A DNA stretch of 64,000 nt from an uncultured virus (IMG/VR IMGVR_UViG_3300040946_000488) (IMGVR_UViG_3300040946_000488), one strand, 5' to 3'. Positions 10,673-20,311 are shown, counted from the first letter of the stretch. The notes: a model not told the origin generated them from the sequence alone. Numbers and translations: made by a program.

Positions 10673-11353
10673 ATGCAAGAACATGATGTCTTTCCCTGCA
10701 TGGCCGACAAGATCCCGGAGGGCTCCGTCGGCTCGGCCCGCGTCACGCACTTCACCGTCACCCGTGCCGACTCTTCGTTCGCGGCTTTGCGGTCCGTCGT
10801 CACGGGACGCCGGGCCGAGATCGTCAGCCCAGGCCGGTATGCCCGGCTGTCCATAGAGGACGAACTGGTGATGACCGACACCAACATGGAGAGGAGGACC
10901 AACCGTCCGTTGATCGAGCATGCCAGGGGACATGTCCTCGTCGGCGGGCTCGGGCTCGGGATGGTCGTGTTCGGCCTGCTCGCCAAGAAGCCCGCCATAC
11001 GCAGCCTGGTCGTCCTGGAAGTGAGCCCCGACGTCATAGCCTTGATCCAGCCTCACCTGCCCGTGGATGCCAGGCTCACGATCGTCCAGGTGGACGTGTT
11101 TGGTTGGGACGGTTGGCAAGACCATGCGGAGCATGGGTGGCAGGGGCAGGGGTGGCGGGGTCGAAGTCCCCGAAGAGGACTATCGAGGAAAGGCCCGCAA
11201 TTCGACACGATCTACTTCGACATCTGGCCTAGCATCCAGGCCAGCAACATCCCCTCGGCAGAGTTGTTGAGGGGACTCGCGGCCGGCCGGGTAGCACGGG
11301 GGGGATGGATGGGCGATTGGGACACGGCATACCGCAAACTGGAGCGCCGATGA
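10673..11353 (+). CDS. SAM-dependent methyltransferase (spermidine-synthase-like) with in-frame 63-bp insertion
   Basis: GHVLVGGLGLG, VVLEVSPDVI, FDTIYFDIWP. Confidence 0.8.
   Translation: MQEHDVFPCMADKIPEGSVGSARVTHFTVTRADSSFAALRSVVTGRRAEIVSPGRYARLSIEDELVMTDTNMERRTNRPLIEHARGHVLVGGLGLGMVVFGLLAKKPAIRSLVVLEVSPDVIALIQPHLPVDARLTIVQVDVFGWDGWQDHAEHGWQGQGWRGRSPRRGLSRKGPQFDTIYFDIWPSIQASNIPSAELLRGLAAGRVARGGWMGDWDTAYRKLERR
11117..11179 (+). repeat. 63-bp double-hairpin element, diverged copy H
   Basis: Aligns without gaps to 59016-59078; stem ccatgc-GGA-gcatgg. Confidence 0.8.
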
Positions 11354-11646
11354 CCGACGACGAAGATGTCACGATGGAACAGGAAGACCGCTACCGCATG
11401 TTGAGGATGAAGGAATGGTTCGTATTGGTGGGTTGCGTGGTAGCGATCTTGGGAATCCTGGTGGAGGCCAGGATCAGCGACAGCCGTGAGAAGTACCTGG
11501 AGTTCAAGTTGAAAGAAGCTGAGGCCAATGAGGCTGCCTTGCGGGCCGAGAACGATGCCTGCTGGAAGGACGTCAAGAGCAAGGTGCTGGAGGTCATCCG
11601 CTTCCGGTGCCCGGTCGTGGATGGGAATTCCAGGACCAAGCCATGA
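11350..11646 (+). CDS. membrane protein with coiled coil
   Basis: TM WFVLVGCVVAILGILV followed by heptads. Confidence 0.55.
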   Translation: MTDDEDVTMEQEDRYRMLRMKEWFVLVGCVVAILGILVEARISDSREKYLEFKLKEAEANEAALRAENDACWKDVKSKVLEVIRFRCPVVDGNSRTKP

Positions 11647-12017
11647 AGCTGATTTCCGGGACGAGATATGGCCTGCCGGACGACGATCGGGGTGCCTGCA
11701 AGCTCGACGATGGCGACACGGTCAAGGTGTCCCTGGAAGGTTTCTTCAAGGGCTGGATGTGCGTGGGAGTCCGCAAGGTCTCCTGCATCTTTTTCCAGCC
11801 GGTAGGTCCCGGGCCGTGGGTGTACTGCTCGAAAAGCAGATTCCTGGACATAGTCGAGTGGACGGAATTCCATGGGCATGATTTCCACACCGAATTCAAC
11901 CTGCAATACAATGCTGGAGGATTGATACCCCTCATGGATTCCGAATTGCCCTATCAGGAAGAACTGCGGAGGATGGCCGTCGTGGCGATTCACGGCCTCG
12001 CGAAAGGTTCGGCTTGA
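11643..12017 (+). CDS. hypothetical protein
   Basis: ATGA-coupled ORF. Confidence 0.55.
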   Translation: MKLISGTRYGLPDDDRGACKLDDGDTVKVSLEGFFKGWMCVGVRKVSCIFFQPVGPGPWVYCSKSRFLDIVEWTEFHGHDFHTEFNLQYNAGGLIPLMDSELPYQEELRRMAVVAIHGLAKGSA

Positions 12018-12053
12018 GGTGACGATCGAATCGTACAGGAAGGAGACCAAGGC

Positions 12054-12776
12054 ATGCTCAAGACAGTGACCGTGACGGGAGCGGACGAGTCGATCAGCCC
12101 GTGGGAACTGGTCCCCATCGCCATGCAATATCCGTTCGTGGAGTTCGGCATCTTGATGAGCGGGAAGGAGTCACGTCCCCGTTTCCCCACCGCGAAGGCA
12201 TGGGTCGAAGATCTGCATCTCGTGAAGGAACGGCATGGGATCCGGCTGGCGGCCCACCTTTGCGGCCGGCTGGCCAGGGAGTTCCTGGTGGGCGAGTACG
12301 TCCCGATCGATTATGCCTTGTACGGCCGCTACCAGATCAATACCCATGGCATCGTCCATCCCTTCGATCATGCCAAGCTGCGCTCCACCGTGAACTTCCT
12401 GACCCGTGGGGGCAGCCAGGTGATCTTCCAGCATGACGATGTCAATTCGCGGGCCATGCTGGCGTGCCGGGGCCCGGATCCTGGGGATTGCTTTTTCAGC
12501 AAAGATCTGGATGTCGCGGCCTTATTCGACCTGTCGCACGGAGGAGGGATCTTGCCGGACTCCTGGCCATCGCCCCTGGATGGGATCCCATGTGGCTATG
12601 CGGGAGGACTCTCGCCCGATAACGTGGCCGAGCAGATCGCCAAGATCTCGAAGGCCGCCGGGGACGTCGATTTCTGGATCGACGCCGAGACCCACCTGAG
12701 ATCGCATGACGATCAGGTCTTCGATCTGGACAAGGTGCGCCGGTTCCTCGACGCTGCCAGGCCCCACGTGAAATAG
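12054..12776 (+). CDS. TIM-barrel protein, phosphoribosylanthranilate-isomerase-like
   Basis: LFDLSHGGG, GYAGGLSPDNV, WIDAET, FDLDKV. Confidence 0.75.
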   Translation: MLKTVTVTGADESISPWELVPIAMQYPFVEFGILMSGKESRPRFPTAKAWVEDLHLVKERHGIRLAAHLCGRLAREFLVGEYVPIDYALYGRYQINTHGIVHPFDHAKLRSTVNFLTRGGSQVIFQHDDVNSRAMLACRGPDPGDCFFSKDLDVAALFDLSHGGGILPDSWPSPLDGIPCGYAGGLSPDNVAEQIAKISKAAGDVDFWIDAETHLRSHDDQVFDLDKVRRFLDAARPHVK

Positions 12777-12777
12777 C

Positions 12778-12807
12778 TTGACACCTTTCATGCAATTGCA
12801 TAAGACT
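12778..12807 (+). promoter_or_regulatory. sigma70-type promoter
   Basis: TTGACAcctttca...TAAGACT upstream of AGGAGG RBS/ATG 12851. Confidence 0.55.
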
Positions 12808-13615
12808 TATTTTTTCTTGGAAGCTCGAAACCACTTCGCAGGAGGACCAGATGGGCGGCAATAATTTCACCGGGACCATGTACGACGGAGACGAGCAGGG
12901 AGATCCTGACAAGACCAGGAAGATCGCGGCGCCGGGAATCCCCGCCGTGGTCAATCCCGAGGAAGTCCCCGAGGCTGGGGACGAGGGAAAGACTCCCAAG
13001 GTCACGGTTCCCGAAGGGATCGCGTGTCCCCAGGCACTCGGCCCGGGAGGCCCGGTGGGACCGACGGGACAGCAAGGGCAGCCATAGGGTCTGGATCCTG
13101 GAGATGGCCAACTTCTCGATCAGCGTGTGTATCAAGCCCCGTCCCTGGCCTTTCAAATGGGGTCCTTTCTGCCGAGACGAAGTGCGCTATTTTGACGTCG
13201 ACGAAGCCAGGATCCTGATCTCCCAGCGGGAGGGGCAGTGCATGAACCAGAGTCCCGTCGTGATCGATTGCTATTCCGGCCCCGGGGAATGCACCACCAC
13301 GATGGATTTCCGGGGCTCGTCGAGGTTCAAGCGCAAGACCGAGATCTGAGGGAGGCGAGCATGTTGGCCCTGGCGTGGATCGAGATCCTGGCGTGGCCGG
13401 TGGCCATCATGGCCGGCGCCACCATCCTCATGTGGGAGGTTTCGGGGCTTGCCGACCTGGTTTTCTTGCTCCGCTGGAGATGGCACGCATGGAGATGTCG
13501 CGGGGCACTGCGCAGGCGTCACTCAGCCTCCTGAACTCGTGCCAAGATCGTCATGGATGGATCCCAGGCAGGCTGCCATGGAATCCGAGCAAACAACACA
13601 TCGAGGAGAGACAAC

Positions 13616-14608
13616 ATGGGCGGAGGTTCCTTCAGCCACGATACGTACACCCGGGCGACCGCGTTCCGGAAATCAGCCCCGGTCGACGACATCTTCACGC
13701 AGAATGCCGTGCATAAGATCCACCCCACGCTCGATCCCAAGGGCGTGAAGGTGCGCGAGAGCTGCGACAGTCCCGAGCATCCCGAGTCCAATGCCGTGGC
13801 CATCTGGTTCGACCAGACCGGCAGCATGGGGGAGGCTCCCACGATCATGGCCCGCAAGACCCTGGGCAGCCTCATGCGAATCCTCCTCGCCAAGGGCTAT
13901 CTCGATCATCCCCAGATCTTGTTCGGGGCGTTCGGCGATTATTCGGATGGGAGTGGCATCATCCAGGTGGGGCAGTTCGAGTCGGATAACCGCATGGACG
14001 ACTGCCTGACCAACATCTGGCTGGTGGGCAAGGGAGGCGGACAGTCGATGGAGTCGAGCGAAATGGCCATGTACTTCACCGCCAGGCACGCCAAGATCGA
14101 CTGCTTCGAGAAGCGCGGCAAGAAGGGCTACATGTTCATCGTCACCGACGAGTTCTGCTATCCCATGGTCTCGGCCGATCAGGCGAATGACCTCTTCGGC
14201 GATAGCCTGGAACGGAACATCCCCGTCGAGTCCATCCTGGCGGAGCTTCGCGAGAAGTGGGAGGTGTTCTTGATCTATCTCACCACCGATTCGTACATGG
14301 CCGACGGCACCGCCAGGATCAAGAAGGCCTGGCAAGCCATGTTCGGCGAGCGCATGCTCGACCTGCCTTCCGCCTCCCTCGTCAGCGACCTGATCGCCAC
14401 CACCATCGGGCTGTGCGAGGGTCGTGAGATCATAGACATCACGCGCGACCTGGCCTCCGCCGGCACCGATCCGGGAGCGATCGATGCCGTGACCAAGGCC
14501 GTGATCCCATATTCCAAGACCGATCGATCGCGATCTCTCGCCCGGGCAGACGTCTCCGGCAGCCTGCCTCCCGCGGCAGTTTCCCACGGCAGCACCAGGC
14601 GTCTCTGA
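13616..14608 (+). CDS. vWA-domain protein
   Basis: MIDAS FDQTGSM; GDY; GQFESD; GGGQxxES; KGYMFIVTDE. Confidence 0.85.
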   Translation: MGGGSFSHDTYTRATAFRKSAPVDDIFTQNAVHKIHPTLDPKGVKVRESCDSPEHPESNAVAIWFDQTGSMGEAPTIMARKTLGSLMRILLAKGYLDHPQILFGAFGDYSDGSGIIQVGQFESDNRMDDCLTNIWLVGKGGGQSMESSEMAMYFTARHAKIDCFEKRGKKGYMFIVTDEFCYPMVSADQANDLFGDSLERNIPVESILAELREKWEVFLIYLTTDSYMADGTARIKKAWQAMFGERMLDLPSASLVSDLIATTIGLCEGREIIDITRDLASAGTDPGAIDAVTKAVIPYSKTDRSRSLARADVSGSLPPAAVSHGSTRRL

Positions 14609-14658
14609 GACAGGAGACACCATCCGGCTGACGACCATCGCCAGATCAAGGAGTTTAT

Positions 14659-15165
14659 GTGCCACGCGAACACGCTGATGAATTCCATCGCCGGCTGATG
14701 GCTCATGGGGCCGCCATGTGGCGGCGCAAGAAGAGGGCAGCCATCAAGGTTGCCAAGAAAGCTGGATGGTCGATCATCAACTCGAAGGGAAGGGTCTTGC
14801 TGGGATCCACGGCGAACGATGTCGATGGTCGTCAATCGGACAGGAACTTCGCGAAGCCCCGTCTCCCCAAGAAACGGCTCCCGCCGGAAGGCGGGGGCCG
14901 TGGCGATCGGTGGCTTTCCTCTTCCAGCGAGGCACTGGCCGAGGTGCCGCTCGCCATGGCCCAGGCCCGGCTCGCCCTGATCATCGAGGAGGCAGGGAAA
15001 GACGAGATTGCCCGGAAGCTTGGCTGGCAGCCTCGCCGGCTCGACAACCTCCTGAAGGGCGAGCACGATCTCACGGTCAGGGAGATGGCCATGGTCCTGG
15101 ATGCCGCCGGCTTCGAGTTGGGACTGGACATGAAGCCGAAATCGAGAGGGAAGTCATATGGCTGA
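14659..15165 (+). CDS. XRE-like HTH protein
   Basis: KDEIARKLGWQPRRLDNLLKGEHDLTVREMA. Confidence 0.6.
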   Translation: MPREHADEFHRRLMAHGAAMWRRKKRAAIKVAKKAGWSIINSKGRVLLGSTANDVDGRQSDRNFAKPRLPKKRLPPEGGGRGDRWLSSSSEALAEVPLAMAQARLALIIEEAGKDEIARKLGWQPRRLDNLLKGEHDLTVREMAMVLDAAGFELGLDMKPKSRGKSYG

Positions 15166-15625
15166 TGCCATCTCCAACGAGATCTTGGCCAAGGGGATCG
15201 CGAGGCACCAGTGGCTGCGAGAGGAGATCTCACGGCTGGAGGCTGAGGACCGCGAGATGATCAAGCTGATCCAGGGAGCGTGCGAGCACCCGGCCCCATT
15301 GGTCGTCGAGGGCGCATACAGCCCGAACACGGAATTCAGTTACTACAGCCCAAGCTTCAGGGTCTGCACCCGCTGCGGTTACTCGGAGGAAGAATACTCC
15401 TTCAGCAAGCTCGGCCAATATCCGGCCGACCAGATCCGGAAATGGGGACGGGACGAGGCCAGGAAGATGTGCGTGGGCCACACCTTGACCCACGAGGAAT
15501 TGAGCGACATCTCTTGCGCCTGGATGCAGGCGGCGAGTGCCAGGGACGCGGAGGAGGAGGAGAGGGAGAAGGCTGCCGAGCTGGCCAGGATGCTGTCTCA
15601 TAGATTGACTCGAAAGACAGCTTGA
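15158..15625 (+). CDS. hypothetical Zn-ribbon protein
   Basis: CEH...RVCTRCGYSEE. Confidence 0.65.
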   Translation: MADAISNEILAKGIARHQWLREEISRLEAEDREMIKLIQGACEHPAPLVVEGAYSPNTEFSYYSPSFRVCTRCGYSEEEYSFSKLGQYPADQIRKWGRDEARKMCVGHTLTHEELSDISCAWMQAASARDAEEEEREKAAELARMLSHRLTRKTA

Positions 15626-15645
15626 CATTTCACCAGGAGGGAACC

Positions 15646-15981
15646 ATGAGGAACGAGATCCGGGAATGGCCGTCGCGGAAGGCACTCGCCAGGCTGGTCC
15701 TCGTCGGACTGCTGGCCATCCCGCTGGCCTTCAGTTGCGAAGATCCTGCTTGCCACGACAAGAGAGCCAACCAGGCGACTCCGGTCGCGGCCGATCTGGG
15801 CCCGCAGGGTTGCCGAGATCATATCGTGGATTGCGAATCCAACGTCAGCTGCCCATATGCCGGCCAGAAGATCGAGACGACGGTGGGCGAGAGGGCGGAT
15901 GGCTGCGGGAAGAGATCGATCTGCGTCTGCCGTTGCCCCAGCGAATCTTCTCCCCCGGACCCGGCTCCCGTCGCTCCCTGA
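15646..15981 (+). CDS. Cys-rich lipoprotein
   Basis: Signal peptide with LAFSC lipobox; multiple Cys. Confidence 0.6.
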   Translation: MRNEIREWPSRKALARLVLVGLLAIPLAFSCEDPACHDKRANQATPVAADLGPQGCRDHIVDCESNVSCPYAGQKIETTVGERADGCGKRSICVCRCPSESSPPDPAPVAP

Positions 15982-15994
15982 AAAGAAAGGCGAC

Positions 15995-17443
15995 ATGCCG
16001 ACCGCGTACATCGTCCTGGATCTCGGCTTCGGCGACGCCGGCAAGGGCTCCCTCGTGGACTATCTCGCGGCTCGCACGGGCGCCGATCCACCATCGGGTC
16101 TGGTCGTCCGTTTCAACGGGGGCGGCCAGGCGGCCCACAATGTCGTGACGCCTGATGGCCTGCACCATACCTTCGCGCAGTTCGGCAGTGCCACGTTCCT
16201 GGGGGCCAAGACATATCTGTCCCAGCCTTGCCTGTGGAATCCCATCGCCATGGAAGCCGAGGCGGAGGTGCTGGAAAAGACTCTGGGGAGGAAGATTGAT
16301 TTCCCCTATGTCGACAGTCTGGCGTCCGTGGTCACTCCCTGGCACCAGGCCATGGGGCGCCTGCGCGAGATCTCGCGGGGAACGGGACGACATGGCAGTT
16401 GCGGGGTCGGCATCGGAGAGGCCATGCTCGACCGTCAAGAGCATCCCTCGGAAAGCATCCACGCGAGAAACCTGAAGGGATGGGACGAAGACAACCTGTG
16501 CTACCACCTCATGAGGCTGGCAGATCGGAAACGTGGGGAGTGGGCCGATCTTGCCGATCGACTGAAGGTTTCCCCATCATCCCTGGGCAATTCTCCCGAC
16601 CTGTCCTTCCTCATGGACAAGCATGCTCCCCGCGCCGTGGCGGCCAGGCTCAGGCAGATCGCGGCCAGGACTTCCATGCCCGGCCTGGATCTCAGCTCCA
16701 AGACGCTCTTCGACAATGCAGGCGACGTCATCTTCGAGGGAGCCCAGGGCATCGGGATCGACGAGCGATATGGGTTCTTGCCGTTCGCCACCTGGAGCGA
16801 CTGCACGTCGTCCGGCGCCCGTCAGGTCCTGTCCGAGGTCGGGTGGATGGGAGACACCAAGACAATAGGTGTCTTGAGGGCCTACGGCGTCCGCCATGGA
16901 CCGGGGCCGTTCGTCACCGAGATCGTGGATCGTCACGGGAATGCAGATCGAGGACCACTGGCCTTTTTCAAAGATGCCCACAATGGGACAGGACCATGGC
17001 AGGGACCCATGCGCTATGGCTGGTTCGACGCCGTCCTGGCCCACTACACGATGAGGGCCGAGAAGGAAGCTGGATCTTTCTCGACAGCATTCAGAACATT
17101 CCATCCTGGGGTGGATTGCCTGGCGATCACCTGCGTCGACCAGGTGGACCGCATGCTGGGCAGCGGGTTGCCCTGGGAGATATGCGACGAATATGAGTGG
17201 CATGCAGGGCGAAGGAAAATAGGCCCCCTCGTCTTCGAGCCGGGCTGCTTCGCCACGCAGGAGGAGATGACGGAGGCACTCCAATGCGTCGTCCCCCTGT
17301 ATCGTCACGAGGGTCATGATTCTGAGGGACTCCTGGCTGCCATCGAGGGACTCTTGCGCTGTCCGATCGAGATCGTGTCGCACGGTCCCTCATGGAACGA
17401 CAAGGAATGGCGGAAAAGCCCGCCGACCACCATGAAAGATTGA
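15995..17443 (+). CDS. purA: divergent adenylosuccinate-synthetase-family protein
   Basis: LGFGDAGKG, RFNGGGQAAHNV, FEGAQG, RHGPGPFVTE, RYGWFD, SHGP. Confidence 0.85.
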   Translation: MPTAYIVLDLGFGDAGKGSLVDYLAARTGADPPSGLVVRFNGGGQAAHNVVTPDGLHHTFAQFGSATFLGAKTYLSQPCLWNPIAMEAEAEVLEKTLGRKIDFPYVDSLASVVTPWHQAMGRLREISRGTGRHGSCGVGIGEAMLDRQEHPSESIHARNLKGWDEDNLCYHLMRLADRKRGEWADLADRLKVSPSSLGNSPDLSFLMDKHAPRAVAARLRQIAARTSMPGLDLSSKTLFDNAGDVIFEGAQGIGIDERYGFLPFATWSDCTSSGARQVLSEVGWMGDTKTIGVLRAYGVRHGPGPFVTEIVDRHGNADRGPLAFFKDAHNGTGPWQGPMRYGWFDAVLAHYTMRAEKEAGSFSTAFRTFHPGVDCLAITCVDQVDRMLGSGLPWEICDEYEWHAGRRKIGPLVFEPGCFATQEEMTEALQCVVPLYRHEGHDSEGLLAAIEGLLRCPIEIVSHGPSWNDKEWRKSPPTTMKD

Positions 17444-17458
17444 GGAGAGAGGAACCCC

Positions 17459-17854
17459 ATGAGTGAAGATACGACGGATCCGTTCAGGGTAATGGTCGTG
17501 ACGGCCCAGGACCTGAGGATGAAGGCTAACTTGCACGAGGCGGCAGTGGCGGCCCGGCACAAGCGGTTCATGGAAATCGTGCCCGACAGGATATTGAATG
17601 ACGTGCTGACGTATGCCGTGAACGAGGCAGAAAGGGGAGGGAACATCTACCATTACAATCTCAACCCGAACGGCATCATGGGCGTGATCAATGATATGCC
17701 TGGCATGGTGTCGAGCTTCGGGGGAGCCGACTGGTTCCGGTCGATGTGCCGTGATGAGTTCTCCAATCTCCTTGCCTACCTGAAAGAAAGACTGGAAGGA
17801 CGAGGATTTGGTTTTGAGATCTCGCAGGGTAACACCATCGATCTGTCCTGGTGA
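17459..17854 (+). CDS. hypothetical protein, paralog of 17942-18349
   Basis: Shared TAQ, HxxFMEIxP, LEGRGF, LSW. Confidence 0.75.
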   Translation: MSEDTTDPFRVMVVTAQDLRMKANLHEAAVAARHKRFMEIVPDRILNDVLTYAVNEAERGGNIYHYNLNPNGIMGVINDMPGMVSSFGGADWFRSMCRDEFSNLLAYLKERLEGRGFGFEISQGNTIDLSW

Positions 17855-17941
17855 GCGCCGGACGAGACCATATGCCTCAGGCTGGATTGGTAAGCCCAGA
17901 CCAGCGATCTGACGAGATGACGGAATCCAGGAGGAGATCAC

Positions 17942-18349
17942 ATGGCTGATGACATTGTCGCCCAGCTGCCCGAATTGCGCTTGACAGCCCAACTCCTGAA
18001 GGAGATGGTGCAAAACCGCAGGACAGAAGAGAGGATATATCATGACAAGTTCATGGAGATCTTGCCCAATCTCTTGCTAGCCCATGTGCTGAGAGATGCC
18101 TCCAGTCGGGCGAGGAGAGGCTTTGAGAGAGTTTCGCTTGAGATAGATTCTTCGGACATCAAATCCTTGATGGTCGACTGTCCCTTCCTCAAGGAAACCT
18201 TCGGGGAGTGCGATCAGATCTGGTACATGTGCCTCAAGGAACGGACGGCTATCTGTAATGTCCTGAAGATCGCGCTGGAGGGACGGGGGTTTGTCTGCCA
18301 GGTTGGCGAGAACCTGAACTGTCTGCCGGTGTCCCTGTCCTGGGGATGA
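17942..18349 (+). CDS. hypothetical protein, paralog of 17459-17854
   Basis: AGGAGG RBS; shared motifs. Confidence 0.75.
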   Translation: MADDIVAQLPELRLTAQLLKEMVQNRRTEERIYHDKFMEILPNLLLAHVLRDASSRARRGFERVSLEIDSSDIKSLMVDCPFLKETFGECDQIWYMCLKERTAICNVLKIALEGRGFVCQVGENLNCLPVSLSWG

Positions 18350-18444
18350 CGAACATCCATCCTGGCAGACAATCCAGGACGCGCCAACGAGTGGCATGAT
18401 GTTTTGAGAGTCTTGAGAACCATGTCTACCTTGATCGAGGCCGC

Positions 18445-18930
18445 ATGCCCAAGCGTTCGCAATTCGACGGCGAGTCCGTCGATGGTCCCCTTCGCAATGC
18501 GATGGTCGATGCCTTCAATGCAGCACTGGACGAGAATGGCGATCTAGGGGCATCGCTGGCCATAGCCTTCGAGACGGGCAATGCCATCCTGAGGGGCCGG
18601 ACCTCCGACATGACCCTGGCGGAGAGGGTGGTGGCCACGGTGGCCGCCCAGCATGGGCTGGAGATGATGGACATGTACGCCACGGTTCGCTCGCGGTCCA
18701 TCAGCCATCCCCGGTTCGTGGCCTGGTGGCTCATCCGCAAGCACACGCAGATGTCGTTCCCCGCCATCGGGGCCATGTTCAGGGGAGTGCATCATACCGC
18801 CATCCTGAAGGGCTGCCGGCACGTGGGGGCGTCGGCCGTCCTGATGGCCAAGGCCAGGGAGATCGAGACCCTCTTGTTTCCCGTGACGAAGACAGGTACC
18901 TTGGATGGAGATCATGGCCGTGATACCTGA
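18445..18930 (+). CDS. stand-alone DnaA domain IV (C-terminal HTH) protein
   Basis: RSRSISHPRFVAWWLIRKHTQMSFPAIGAMFRGVHHTAILKG. Confidence 0.8.
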   Translation: MPKRSQFDGESVDGPLRNAMVDAFNAALDENGDLGASLAIAFETGNAILRGRTSDMTLAERVVATVAAQHGLEMMDMYATVRSRSISHPRFVAWWLIRKHTQMSFPAIGAMFRGVHHTAILKGCRHVGASAVLMAKAREIETLLFPVTKTGTLDGDHGRDT

Positions 18931-19729
18931 ACTGGGATCGTCCGGATGGGATAAGATCGCCAAGCCCATGCTGGCCTTCCTGTCCAGGAATCCTTCCACC
19001 ATCGAGGAGGCCCAGGCCTGGGCTCGCCAAGATAGGACGGGTGCCGAGATGACCCGGAATGTCTTGGCTTACCTGTCATTGACAGGGAAAGCCCATTTCG
19101 ACGATCCTTCCGGCAAGTGGGTGGCCGGGAAACTGCCAGGAAATTGTCAATTCTATGAGCCCTCCATGGTGCCCAGGCTGGACGAGCCCATCGACATGGG
19201 GCCGCTGCTCAGGTTCCTGGACTCCCGGACCCCCAGGCCGGAACATTCTTCCCAGGACCCCGGCCCTCCCACCAGGCGCAGTCCCCACACCGCATACCGC
19301 CTCACCCTCGGGGACAGGACCCTCACGATCAGCCAGTGGGCGAAGGAGACAGGCATGTCGATCTCGACGATCCATGGCCGCCTGGCCCGGGGCTGGCCGC
19401 CCGAGAGGATCCTGGGGGAGCCCCTGCACCACGTGGGGAGATGGCCAATCTTGTCGCCTCCCGCAGAGGTCAAGGCAATTGGGATCGCGTCCCTCCCCCA
19501 GGCCGGGCATGAGGAAAGTGGACGGAAGAAGAGATTCACCCGGCTCACCCTCGATGGCGAGACCATGCTGGTGAGCGGGTGGGCAAAGAAATTGGGATTG
19601 ACCCCATCGCTCATCCGCAGCCGGCTGCGGCTCGGGTGGCCGGCGGACAAGATACTGAGGACCCCTCGCCAGGCACAGTACCGGAACAGCATCGCGCGGG
19701 CGAAAGATCATCCAGGCCAGGCGTCGTGA
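18905..19729 (+). CDS. protein with two HNH-associated-type DNA-binding repeats
   Basis: LTLxGxT..SxWAKxxGxxxxxIxxRLxxGWxxxxIL twice. Confidence 0.7.
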   Translation: MEIMAVIPELGSSGWDKIAKPMLAFLSRNPSTIEEAQAWARQDRTGAEMTRNVLAYLSLTGKAHFDDPSGKWVAGKLPGNCQFYEPSMVPRLDEPIDMGPLLRFLDSRTPRPEHSSQDPGPPTRRSPHTAYRLTLGDRTLTISQWAKETGMSISTIHGRLARGWPPERILGEPLHHVGRWPILSPPAEVKAIGIASLPQAGHEESGRKKRFTRLTLDGETMLVSGWAKKLGLTPSLIRSRLRLGWPADKILRTPRQAQYRNSIARAKDHPGQAS

Positions 19730-19777
19730 GGTTGGATCCTGCCAAGGAAGCGTTCCGACTCAGGGCTAAAGGATTCC

Positions 19778-20311
19778 CTAGGACCCTCTCAAGAGCGACT
19801 TCGCGAACCTGCCCAGGCGGCCAATCTCAGCCGCCCGCGATGCCGCGAGCATGGTGGCGGTGCGGGCGAACAGGGACGAGTGCCCGTGCTTGAGGGCATG
19901 GAGGACGGCCATCACGATCTCCGTGTGCTCGAAGTCTTCGCCTTCCCTGAGATCTCGGGACAGTCCATCTAAGAACGAGGCGATCTTGGCGTCTACCGAG
20001 CTTCCTCCATTCTCGATGCATCTGACGAGGAGTTGGACAAGCTCGTCGGATCCGAACGCAAACTCTTCCCGTCCCTCGTGGAGGAAGCTCATGCGCTCCG
20101 CAAACTCTAGGCTTTGCAGCCTTGCCAAGACATCGTCCAGCGAGGTTGTTTCCTCCCTCCTCTTGGACCTGGCAGCCAGCCTCAGGTGTACCTTGCACAG
20201 GCCGTCCTGGTGGGCGAGGTTGTGGCAGCGGCCGTCAGGGCGATCTCTCGCCGGCCCCGTGCAACGCTTGTCCTGGTGGGGTGGCTTCAGCCACCAGAAG
20301 TTGGCGCTCAT
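19778..20311 (-). CDS. hypothetical protein
   Basis: C-x9-C...CKVH Zn motif plus helical region. Confidence 0.55.
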   Translation of the reverse strand: MSANFWWLKPPHQDKRCTGPARDRPDGRCHNLAHQDGLCKVHLRLAARSKRREETTSLDDVLARLQSLEFAERMSFLHEGREEFAFGSDELVQLLVRCIENGGSSVDAKIASFLDGLSRDLREGEDFEHTEIVMAVLHALKHGHSSLFARTATMLAASRAAEIGRLGRFAKSLLRGS

